From the NCBI RefSeq assembly GCF_009914755.1, contig NC_060947.1: a stretch of DNA of 64,000 nt; one strand, given 5' to 3'. The translations under genes were made by a program, and so were the position numbers. Below the pieces are notes generated by a model that saw only the letters and a list, made by a program, of their open reading frames with translations, was not told the origin of the DNA and did no database searches. Below are positions 13,603 through 26,490 of the stretch, in pieces (position 1 is the stretch's first letter; each line of letters begins with the position of its first letter). This DNA is from the human T2T-CHM13v2.0 reference genome, Homo sapiens.

Positions 13603-14188
13603 TGATACGGCTTTGATGACTGGAAGAACACCAGCGTTTTTGGTTTTGAGCCAATAGGATTAACGACACAGATATATGTGGAGTGGTTTTAAGGAGCAAA
13701 AAGTTTAATAGGCCAGAAATAAGAAAGGAGAAAACAGCTTCTTCATATAGAGACAGAGGAAGGAGGGCTTGGAACAAAAAGGAACCTCATCTGTGGCAGA
13801 AAATTTGTTGGTTATATTGGGAGGCTGGAGGAGGCAGTGTCTGGTTTACATAGGGCCCAGGGGATTGGTTTGACTAGGTGTGTTATTTACGTAGCCCAAG
13901 AAAAACCTGGCCCTTCCACCTTAGCTTTTTAATATGCAAATGTGGGTTGCCATGATGTTTTGAGCACATGGTGTTATTTGGAGGTGGCCATGACATGTGA
14001 CACAGGTGGTGACAAGGAGAAGATGGTGGGAATCGGCATGTTGGGTAGACCCAGTTACTATTTGTTGGCATTTGTATATTGAAGCTTGCTGGCTTGGCTT
14101 TCTAAGCCACGTTTCTGTTAGTTTTTACCAAAAACCTTTACCCTGTTTACTTGCCTAAAAATTATTTTTAAATAACTTTTGTACTACA
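13603..14188 (-). mobile_element. ERV1-class solo LTR, LTR9-like
   Basis: tgatacggct...gaacaccag...gtggagtggttttaaggagc matches the remembered LTR9 family reverse complement; ends tgtactaca. TSD not clean. Confidence 0.65.
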
Positions 14189-14379
14189 ATCAAGTACAAA
14201 CTTTTACTAATTCATCTTTTGTAACTTCTCATGAATCTGGCACTTTATCTTCATTTTAATTTTTACTGCTATTATCAAGGCTGTTAGTGACAATTCCTAA
14301 ACAATTGCTTACAGTCTGTCCCCATTCATCTACCAGCTGCCTCTGCCACCATCTTTCTAACATTACACTGCTAAAGGCC

Positions 14380-14600
14380 AGCATTTATTAGCACTAACTA
14401 TACAGTGAGTGCTAGGCGAAAGGATCTACCAAGACTATTAACATTTAATTTTCACAATAGCCCTATGAGATAAGAACTATTATCCTCAATATACTGATAA
14501 AACCCTGAGCCTTAAAAAAGGTGGAATGACACAGCTATAAATTGTGGAAACAAGATTTGAACCCAGGATGTTTAATTCCAGAATGATGTTATTGAGTTTG
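14380..14600 (-). mobile_element. MIR SINE
   Basis: catttaattttcacaatagccctatgagataag...gatttgaacccagg. Confidence 0.7.
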
Positions 14601-14679
14601 TTACACTGTTTCACTGAACAATAATTTCAACGTGTTAACACATGATCTGGAAATTGTCTATGACATCTCATCACATATA

Positions 14680-14820
14680 GCTAATAAAGAGCTAACATTC
14701 ATTGAGTGCCGACTCCATGTTAAGTAATTTATGTGAATTATCTCATTTAAACTTTTCAATGGCCACATAATTTACAATTATCTCCATTTTACAGAACAGG
14801 TAACAGATTGAGAGACTTGT
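14680..14820 (-). mobile_element. MIR SINE fragment
   Basis: gctaacattcattgagtg...tctccattttacagaacagg. Confidence 0.65.
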
Positions 14821-15080
14821 GAATGCCACACTTTAATCTCATCTCCTCCCCACCACCCTGAAATCACAAGCTTGAACTGCCATCCGGACCTGAGGCAACC
14901 TTTCCCTCATTAAGACTAAGTTTCTCCTGTGTGCAGAAATATGAAGGATGGAAGGAAAAGGAAGAGATATCCGGTACTATTGTAGTCATTTATCTGTGGA
15001 TTGTCAATACTTTTGTGTCTAACATCAATCATTAATAACCTGTGTTTGGTAGGCATGAAAAGGCTGGCTGGGTTGTGTGA

Positions 15081-15444
<364 letters not shown>

Positions 15445-15607
15445 GACACTTCTTAAAAGCTATTGAATCTAACAACTATTTATTTCTCCTGTTCTAATTT
15501 TTCTTATACAAATTGCGAAGACAGAATTTGGAGTCAATGGCAAGTGGTAGTATAGCAGGCTTGGTCAACTCTTAAGCCCTGAGAAATGTATTTAGCTCTC
15601 TTTATCG

Positions 15608-15794
15608 CAGTGGTTCTTAAAGTGTGTTTCTGGAACAGCATTATTAGCATAACTTATAAACTTGTGGGAAATTCCAACTCTCAGGCTTCTCTTCAGATGT
15701 ACTGAATTAGGACCTAGAGGTGGGGCCAAGCAATGTGTATTTTGGCAGTCCCTGAAGGTGATTCTGACACACGATAAAGTTATAAAAACCACTG
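15608..15794. mobile_element. MER5A (hAT-Charlie MITE)
   Basis: TIRs cagtggtt / aaccactg, 187 bp, typical internal sequence. Confidence 0.8.
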
Positions 15795-16501
15795 CTTTAG
15801 AATGTGAGATATTTAGCACCACTGTTTACTTCAGCTTTAGGCCTTATTTAATAATTTCTGGGCAATATAATAAGCCTAGAGTTTAGAAATCCATTTGTGT
15901 TCTGTTCTTTATCTTGACCATTCATTTTTTTGGAAATCAATACCTTGTATCTCAAATTTTCTCATGCTATAGTTACTGTAATTTATATTAAAAATACTGT
16001 ATATAAAAATAAAAATGTTCACCATATTTCTCCTTTTCCAGAATATCAAATATATTGTTATTATCACTGATGTTGTTGAGAATATCCAAACGGTATTTTT
16101 AATAGTTTCATTAAAGAAATTAAAAAACAAAAGCAATTTAAGGGAATTGCTGAGACAAATAATTTGATTCTCATGATTCCTCCAGAGTGGAATAACTGAT
16201 GTATAATATTGCTGTCTTCTAATTTCTTTTTCTTAGTTTGTGGGTCTCTTTGTGTGTGTTTCACAAGGCATATTCTCAGCTACAATAGCATTAAAATGTC
16301 ATTAAAGAAACACGTATTTATGAATTATATGTTTTAATAACACAGTATTTTTTAATTTGTGGTTAATTTTATTGCTATATAGACAAAATTAAATATAGTT
16401 TTAAAATAAATTTATAAAAATTTTTATTCACTAAGACTAAACGAGTTAATTTAAGCTGCAGATTTATAAAAATAGATCTTTAATCTGTCCAATATAAACT
16501 G

Positions 16502-17257
16502 TTTTTTTTTTTTTTTAATTTTACTTTAAGTTCTGGGATACATGTGCAGAACATGCAGGTTTGTTACATAGGTATACACGTGCCTTGGTGGTTTGCTGCA
16601 CCCATCAACCTGTAATCTACATTAGGTATTTCTCCTAATGCTCTCCCTCCCCTAACCCCCCAACCCCGACAGGCCCTGGTGTGTGATGTTCCCCTCTCTG
16701 TGTCCATGTGTTCTGATTGTTCAACTCCCACTTACGAGTCAGAACATGAGGTGTTTGGTTTTCTGTTCCTGTGTCAGTTTGCTGAGAATCATGGTTTCCA
16801 GCTTCATCTGTGCTTCATCATGAGGACATAAACTCATCCTTTTTTATGGCTGCACAGTATTCCATGGTGTATATGTGCCGCATTTTCTTTATCCTGTCTA
16901 TCATTTTTGGGCATTTGGGTTGGTTCCAAGTCTTTGTTATTGTGAGCAGTGCTACAATAAACATACGTGTGCATGTATGTGTCTTTACAGTAGAAAGATT
17001 TTTAATCCTTTCGGTATATACCCAGTAATGGGATTGCTGGGTCAAGTGGTATTTCTGGTTCTAGATCCTTGAGGAATCGCCACACTGTCTTCCACAATGG
17101 TTGAACTAGTTTACAGTCCCACCAACAGTGTAAAAGTGTTCCTATTTCTCCACATTCTCTCCAGCATCTGTTGTTTCCTGACTTTTTAATGATCACCATT
17201 CTAACTGGCATGAGATGGTATCTCATTGTGCTTTTGATCTGCATTTCTCTAATGACC
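16502..17257 (-). mobile_element. 5'-truncated L1PA7/8-like
   Basis: Poly-T, 3'UTR and ORF2 C-terminus; TSD ataaactg (16494-16501 / 17258-17265). Confidence 0.9.
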
Positions 17258-19080
17258 ATAAACTGGATTTTTACCATTGTATTACAAAGGTAGTAATACT
17301 TACACATTTGGTTCATCTGATGGACTAATAAGTCAGCTGCTATATATCAAATCTGTCAGTGCACTGATTATATCTCCCATGGAAGATTTTTTTTATCTTT
17401 TGATTCAATGAAAGTTTCTTGTATGAAACCAAATTTCATACAGTTCTAAAAAATCCTTTAGAAATTCATCATTTTAGTTTTGTTTACTAGGCTAAAGCAA
17501 TTTACTGTCTACCATCATATGTCTATTTTTTTTTAAAAAAATGCCTTTTCCTACAGAAAAAAGTTATAAAATTAAATAGAGGTGTAACAAGTAGGATTTT
17601 AAGATTACACATGGTTGTTTTGTGCTAGTTAAAAAGAAAAGAAGATATAATGCTTTTAACAAATGAGAACACTATGTATGTATATACATATAATGCATAT
17701 TTAACATTGAGTTGTTAACTGGGAAAAAGGTTGTGGTATTAAGCATGAAAAAGAAGAGAGTTGGGAGGCATTTCAGGCATTGTGAAAGCATCTTTATTCA
17801 CACTGTAGCCTTGTTACACACAGAACAGTGAGGATATGCTTTCATGTAACTGGCTATATCTCCCTAATTGGCTATATAAATTTCATTAGTGCCATTGTTA
17901 ACTTATAGAGTAGTAACACATAAAGGATCTTGAATGCTTTCAAATACTACGGATAATAAGAAAATAATTAAACTTGCCATTCCACTTTGTGTATTTGAGT
18001 ATTATAACGTATGAATTAAGCTATGTGACTATTATGAAGTCACAGGCAAGCAGAAAGAAATGGTCTTGATCAATGTCTAGTCAGTAGTCCTGGGGTAAAC
18101 TGACTATACAATGCATGTATCTGCTTCCTGTGGTTTGTCTGGATTCAGGTGAAAGGTTTCCACCAGGGGATGCATCTGTAGTCTGTCAAACTATGTAGAT
18201 AGATATGGTAAACTGATCTGACCACATTCTACAACTAACTACAGATTAGTTTACTTGCCGTTGGTACACTTGGTCTTATAACTCAGCCACTTACTCAGCC
18301 TAATCCTAAAGTGATACCTTCCTGTGAATTGGAGAACTGTATTTTCAAATAAAGCTTCACATAGCAAACATTTCATAAAGATCAATTCACCTTGAGATAA
18401 CTAAAAGGTTCTGTCTACTTCAGCTCATTCTAGATGTCATTTCTCTCACAAACATCTCTGACCTACCCTTACTTCCATTTATTTGCTTCTTTCATTTCTA
18501 GTCATTAGTTTCTTACAAACCTGCCTGCAGAGATCGTTCTGTTTGAGATTTTTCTAAACCCCTAAGTAATAATCAATTCATGTAATAGAGAAGTTGAAAC
18601 TTTCTGTGATAGTCTTAATGACTTCTTTATGGTGAAAAATATTTAAAGAAATTATCCTGAAAAGAAACATTTGCTAAGGAATTTATCTTTCTTTTCAATT
18701 TACCTCTCAAATGCAAAATCATGATAGGATGAAATAGTAATACACGTGAAAAAAAATTTTTTTCTGAATAAGAAAAGCCCCTCTGGCATTATTTCTGCAG
18801 GGACTAATAGACCCACCTATAGCTTTATGTAGATGAAACACAGTTAGTTGGGTGGTCAGTGCATCTCCACAGTGGAATGAGAAAGACTCAATAGGTCTTT
18901 TTCATCTCTACTTCTAGATTCTCTGATCAAATATCAATACGTAACAATTTTAACCAGTTATATTTAAAAAACAGAAAAGTACACATAAGAAAGAGAAATA
19001 AAAACATAAATAAAATATGTAGGAAGCAATGTGTACTCAGACTAAAAGTTCTGAATAAATTGTAGGAGATGGTATATCTT

Positions 19081-19798
19081 TTATTTTTAATTTTTTATTA
19101 TTATACTTTAAGTTCTGGGGTACATGTGCACAACGTGTAAGGTTTGTTACATAGGTATATATATGCCATGTTGGTTTGCTGCACCTATCAACTCGTCACC
19201 TACATAAGGTGTTTCTCCTAGTGCTATCCCTCCCCCAGCCTCCCACCCCTCAACAGGCCCCAGTGTGTGATGTTCTCCTTCCTGTGTCCATGATCTCATT
19301 GTTCAATTCCCACTTATGAGTGAGAACATGTGGTATTTGGCTTTCTCTTCTTGTGTTACTTTGCTGAGAATGATGGTTTCCAGTTTTATTCATGTCTCTG
19401 CAAAGGACATGAACTCATCCTTTTATATGGCTGCATAGTATTCCATGGTGTATATGTGCCACATTTTCTTTATCCAGTCTATCACTGACGGGCATTTGGG
19501 ATGGTTCCAAGACTTTGCTATTGTGAACAGTGCTACAATATACATACATGTGCGTGTGTCTTTATAGTAGAAAGATTTTTAATCCTTTGGGTATATACCC
19601 AGTAATGGGATTGCTGGGTCAAATGGTATTTCTAGTTCTAGATCCTTGAGGAGTTGCCACACTGTCTTCAACAAAGGTTGAACTAATTTACACTCCCACC
19701 AACAGTATAAAAGCGTTCCTATTTCTCCACATCCTCTCCAGCATCTGTTGTTTACTGACTTTTTAATTTTTGCCATTCTAACTGGCGTGAGATGGTAT
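19081..19798 (-). mobile_element. 5'-truncated L1PA8-like
   Basis: 15-bp TSD gagatggtatatctt (19066-19080 / 19789-19803). Confidence 0.9.
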
Positions 19799-19970
19799 AT
19801 CTTAAGGCCTTAACCCTAAATCATAACTTCCTAAACAGAAACTGCATATAAAGAGCTGTTTTTCTTACTAGTGGTACAGTTTTATCAGATGCTTTTTATT
19901 AAGATTATATTATTCTACTTAATAATAATATAATAAATATCTGTACTTAATAAATACAGATAAGTGGAAA

Positions 19971-20110
19971 CATATGAAAAAAATGCTCAACACCATTAGT
20001 TATTAGGGAAATGCAAATTAAAAACACAATGCACTACACAAATATAAGAATAGCAACAAAACAAACAAACAAACCTGACAAGAACAAATTCTGTTGAGGA
20101 TGCAGAGCAA
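19971..20110 (+). repeat. L1MC ORF2 fragment, apparent local copy of 21635-21780
   Basis: Shares unusual indels and motifs with the downstream copy. Confidence 0.6.
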
Positions 20111-20239
20111 AAGGCTTATAGAAAATTTTAATAACATAACTAGACATAGCTGCTTCCAAATTTAAAATATGATTAGAACTTTTTGTTATTTAATTTGAGC
20201 AGAAGATGAAAGTTTACACAGATTAAGCTTTCACTTAAA

Positions 20240-23200
20240 GTTAAATGCAATGAGAAGGGAATAGCCTATTAAAAAACATTTAACATATCTACAGCTATCA
20301 TCTATACCTAATGGTAAAAGAATGAATGCTATTGTAATATCAGGGTCAAGACAAATATCTGCTTTCACTCCTCCTATTAGCATCACATTGGGGATCTTAG
20401 CCTGCGAACTGAGACAAAATAAAGAAAGAATTGACATATAGAGTGCATACTAAGAAACAAAACTGCCTCTATTTTCAGAGGACATGACAGTCAACATACA
20501 AAATGTACAAAAAGTTCTTAGATCTCATAAGTGAACTTAGCAATGTCTCATAATGCAAAGAAAATATACAGAAATCAATCGTATTACTATATTACAGCAA
20601 TTAAGAGTTGAAATCTGAAGTTTTTAAATGACGTCAGTTACAATAGTACTAAATAAAATTAAGTACTTGGGTATAAATTTAACACAATATGTGAAGAATG
20701 TCTGCACTGAAACTTACAAAACGCTGGTAAAAGAAATCAAATATCTAAATCAATAGAGATGAAAAAGATATTTCCCTCATTCGTAAATTAGAAGGTGCAA
20801 TATTGTTAACATGTCCATCCTTTCTCATTTGCTATATGCACTTAATGATATTCCTATCATAATCCCAGCAAGCTTTTATTCAGATATCAGAAGCTGATTC
20901 TAAAATATATATGGCAAAACAAAGAAACTACAATAGCTAAAACAATTCAGAAAAAGAAGAAAAAAGCTAAAGGGCTCCCACTGTCCAATTTCAGGACTTA
21001 TTATAAAACTTTAATAATTAAAGCTGTGGTATTGGAAAAAAAGATAACATATACATCAACAGAATAGAAGAGACAGCTGAGAAATAGGCCTATAAGAATA
21101 CAGTTTATTGCTTCTTTTTACAGAGATTCACTAATTTAATAAAGAAAGGATTTTTTCAACAAATATTGCAGTATCAACTGTAAATCCATATGAAATTAAT
21201 AAACTACAGGCATATACCTGATACATTATCCAAAAATTAACTGAAAATATGTCATTTACCATAATGTATAACAAAACTATAAAACTTTTAAAAGGAAACA
21301 TGAGACAATCTATATAATCTTTAGTTTAACAGTAAGACTTAACTAAAAAATACAAAGCGTGATCTACTTTAAAAATGTTAAATTAGACTTTATCAATATT
21401 AGAATACTTTGTTCTGTAAAAGACACTGTAAGGAGAATGAAAAGGTAACACACACACTAAGAGAAAATATTTGCAAGTTAAAATCACATCTCCAATAAAA
21501 TCTTACATGTACAATATATAAATAACACTCAAAAGTCAACAATAAGGAAAAAAGCAACAAAATTAATAAATTTTAATAAATTTAATAATTTTTTAAGTCT
21601 AAAAAGACACTTCCCCAAAATAGATATGTGAAACCATGTGAAAAAAATACTCAACATCATTAATTATTAGGGGAATGCAAATTAAAACCACAATGTACTA
21701 CACAAGTATTAAAATGGCAACAAAACAATCACACACACACCTGACAAGATAAAATTCTAGCAATGATGCAAGTTAACAGCAACTTTAATTAGTTGCTAGA
21801 TGATATGCAAAATTGTTCAGCCACCTCTGAAAATGGTTTAGCAATTTTTTACAAATGTATACATACATTTATCATATGATCCAGTAATTCCACTCTTAGA
21901 TATTTAACAAAAAGAATTGGAAACTCGTATTTACTAAAAGCTTATAAACACATGTTTATAGCACTTTCTCTTATAATCACAAAAAGAAGAACGCAGAAAT
22001 CCTTCAACAGGTGAATGGATAAACAAGCTGTAATATATCCATTGAATGTAATAATACTCAGCAAGAAAAATGAACAAACAGTTGATTCAAACGACAGTGT
22101 GGCTAAATCTAATATACATTTTGCTAAGCATTGTATTATTCCGTTTGAAAAGCATTTGGGTAAAGGCAAAACTATAGGAATGAAAAACAGATCTGTAGTT
22201 GCCAAAGATTATGGGAAGGAAGATTACTTGGCTACAAAGAGGACACACAGGAAAATTTTAGGAAGATGCAGCTGTTTTGCATGGTACTTTGGTGGTGGAT
22301 ACATGACTAAGCATTTTTCAAAACTTATAGAGCTGTACAATCCAAAAGATAAACTTTACCATATGGAAATTGCAAAAAACAAAAACAGGATGTCAGGAAA
22401 TCCCAGGAAGGATTGCAGACAAGAAAAATGAACCCAACTGTGTTGTAAATGTATAACATAACTTCACCGAAGGGTTCGAAAAGAAAAATAACAAACCTAA
22501 GTAACTTTGACAACCAGTGTTTTGACTAGATACAATAAACAAGGAAGGCAAGAATAAACCCTGTGGGGCATAACTAGCTGAGAAATATCAGTGTTTATGT
22601 TAATAGAGATACAAATATATAAATATAGACATAACTATAGATGTATATATTTATATATGGGTTAGTATACATGCACTCATACATATTATTTCTGGCTCAG
22701 TACACAGAGGGAGCTTAGAAAGGAAGAAGGAAGGAGGGAAGGAAGAAAGGAGGGAAGGAAGGAAGGAAGGAAGTCAAAACGGAAGGGGTGAAGGAAGGAT
22801 GAAGGGAAGGAAGGAAGGGAAATGAAGTGAGGAACGAAAGAGGGAGGGAAGGAAGGAAGGAAGTCAAAACGGAAGGAGTGAAGGAAGGATGGAAGGAAGG
22901 AAGTAAAGGGGAATGAAGCGAGGAATGAAGGAGGGAGGGAGGGAAGGAAGGAAGGCAGGAAGGAAGGAAGGAAGGCAGGAAGGAAGGAAGGCAGGAAGGA
23001 AGGCAGGCAGGCAGGGAGGGAGGGAGGGAGGGAGGGAGGGAAGACAAAGGAGCCAACGTGAAAGATCAGCTCCAATGACCAAATCTGGAATAGTTTGAGA
23101 AACAAAATTAATAATGATAGTTTTGGAGTTGTGGAGGAGGCTAAAAGGTAGATACACATTAGCAGTTCCATACTGATTAATAAATGACCAAATAAATAAA

Positions 23201-23830
23201 TAAACGAGAAAAGAGACATATCTTTAGTCCAGAAGAATTCCATATAACACAGGAATTAAGAATGATGGGAATAAAAAGTAATCAGTGGAATACTACAGCA
23301 GTAATTGTTACAAGCAAGAACCATTAATGACTGCTAAACATTTTGGAAGCAACTTTAAAAAGAAACAGTATATTTGAATAGACTCAAATTATCTTCCCAA
23401 ACCTACTTACTAATTTCAGTGGTGTTTTTCCTAACAAGTGTTCACAAGTATTTGATACTTCTCCCTCCAAAACCTGGGGTTTAATTCTCTTTCCTCTGAG
23501 CGTGGGCTGGATTTAGTGACTCATTTCTGAAAACAGAGAATGGAACAGGAGAAGTAGTAACTTTGCAGTGCAGAAGCCTGGAAAATACCACCTTTGTCAA
23601 GTGGTCAAGTTTAACATCACCAATAATAAGTAATGCAGATATTATTTTACCCCAAAATGGTATGATGAGAAGAGTACTTTATCTCTGCGTTATTCCCCCA
23701 AAATCTGTTTCCTCAGTATAATCATGAAAAAAGATCAGAGAAACAAAAATTGGGAGAAATTCCAAAACACCTGACCAGTAGTCTTCTAAAGTGCTGATGT
23801 CATGAGAACAAGGAGATAGTATAACATGAT
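20240..23830 (+). mobile_element. L1MC-family (MC3-like) ORF2 3' half plus long 3'UTR, degenerate
   Basis: Continuous diverged ORF2 motifs and L1MC 3'UTR blocks on both sides of the GGAA tract. Confidence 0.75.
22718..23045. repeat. Polypurine (GGAA/GGGA/GGCA)n tract with a ~90-bp internal duplication
   Basis: aagtcaaaacggaagg occurs at both 22771 and 22861. Confidence 0.95.
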
Positions 23831-23959
23831 AGAGAGAATACTGTGTCTGTATTTTAGTGCCCGGTTGTACCAGAGTAATTTCTGAGCACTACATGCATCA
23901 GTCTTTGTATATTTTTGCTTGGTATGTGCAACCAGGATTTGAATTTGGTCTCTTAATTA

Positions 23960-24316
<357 letters not shown>

Positions 24317-26490
24317 CTATATAATATAATTTCTAGTACTGAATATTATACTTTTAGTTTAGTACTACTTCCACTTTTCTGCCCCACAATAATTTTATAT
24401 ATAAAATTATATTAATATAAATTATATTAATTTTATATATAAAATTACATTATTCTATTAATAATAATTTTAATCTTATGTATAAATACCTACTAGAATT
24501 TGGACGGGGGTGAAACAGTGAAATGCCTTGCTTATCCTTTGAAAAATTATATTTTGGGAAATATATAATTGCTTATTTCTGCATTACTATTGTTTGCAAA
24601 TGCCTTGTGGGGAGGTGTCTTTTACAAATCAACATTTAATGGCACCTACAAAATGAAAATATACAAATATTGGGACTTTTAAAATAACTACATAAGAATT
24701 GACACATTGACATTTACTTCAATACTTTACTATCAGATTTATTCAGTTGATAGCAAGGTGGAACTAGATTTATGAAAGAAAACCAATAGAATATAAAAAA
24801 ACAGTGAAGAAAACACTCCCCATTGTCCAAACTGTCATTTACTTACGGAAGCTAAGCCAAATCTCATGCTTAGTAATAAACATAAAATGTTACAGAATAT
24901 TCCATCTCAAAAATCATGGTTTTGAAGGAAATTATGAGAATTAGATAATTAATGTTCACCTACTCCACACATAAGTAAAACATTTCCTAATTAAATCCCT
25001 CTTAAGAAGATAAGAAACTACCAACAAGGCTGAATCACGACTTTATCATACTACAAAGAGTGAGAATTAAGACACAGTTTGTTGAGGAGAATCCAGACAC
25101 ATTTAATATAGGTGTCCAGAGACTTTGTAGCTGTGACATGGGCAGGTTATCCCAGGGAAATTTTCATAACCCTTAGTTCTCTAAAATGAGTACTCATTTG
25201 GCTTCCGATCATTTGCTTAAGCTGCTAGAGGCTGGATTGAATAAAGCTGCCCTGAGGAAATTATTTGGAAATCTAACAGTTTTCCCAGTATATTTTGTCA
25301 GAGGAGAATCTGATGAAATTTACATATCAACATTGAGAATATTCTTGTGAGTGTCTAACACTCAATTTCGTACCTCTGAGTTAAATCTAAAGAGTTAGGG
25401 GCACTATTACTTAACCTGTATCTATGTTTTGGCATCAAGTCTTCAACATGAAATAAGCAAGCCGAATTATAGAGTCCTTATGTGATCTCTTCAAAATGAT
25501 CTTATTTTCCAAAATATGAATGACCTATAGAAAGAAGAGTTTTAGTGCCACTAAAGAAGAGCATAGGCTTTAGAAGGTGAAAGAAAGATGATTTGAAATG
25601 TGTTTGTTAACACAGAAGATATTGCTGATATGGTGAAATTATTACGCATGGAAAATTATATGCATAATGAAGCGGATAAAAAATGGAAGTAAATATACAT
25701 TCAAAGAAATGAAAATGGGCATTTTAGGGAGCCTGAAGCTCTGTAACTGGACAAAGTAAGACAAATGTAAGTAGAGGAGTCAGTTGTAAAGGACAAATTG
25801 TAACATTGTCTACAACAAGCCAAACAAGGAAGTTTAGAAAATAAATAATTCATTTAGTCCCCATAATTTATTTTAATTATTTCAAGGTCAGTATATAATG
25901 ACCACTCAAAATTTACCACCTATCATTTTTACACACTATCCAGTGTTCATCTAACTGTCATAATGGATAATTTAGGAGTATGAAATATGGATACTGTTCA
26001 TTCAGGTATGTATGCTAAGCCAGCTTCTAGAGATTTTTTTATATTTATTGTATTTAATTTATATTTTAATATAAATATGCTAAATACCATAAAACATAAA
26101 CAAAATATATTTTGCTAAGTAGAAGATAAAAAGACCATAAAGATTTTACATGTTTTTTCATTGCTGTCTATTTTATTTTTAATACCAATGAGATGAGAAG
26201 TAATTGTTTACCATACTTATACTATGGAAGTTGTACTTAGCAAATCAGGAAGTACAAAAAAATTTCTAGTAACTCTGTGATCAAATTTTGTACATTTTTA
26301 TATCAAATCCAAGTAAATTTTTAGCTGTATTCTTGAATAAGTGATTTTACCAGTGTGTATCCACACTTCTCTAAATACAAAATGAGAGTAAGCATATATA
26401 TCTAATAAGATTTCAGTAAGTTTGTAAAGTGATAATTCATGTTAACGGCTTAATGTAATACATGACACATAAGTGGTAAGTGTTAATATC

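Noticed and set aside
17860-17885. ATTGG plus TATATAAA promoter-like pair
   Set aside because: Spacing is too tight and such motifs are frequent in AT-rich DNA.
22686-23243. 185-aa LPSF-repeat ORFs
   Set aside because: Translation of the GGAA tract.
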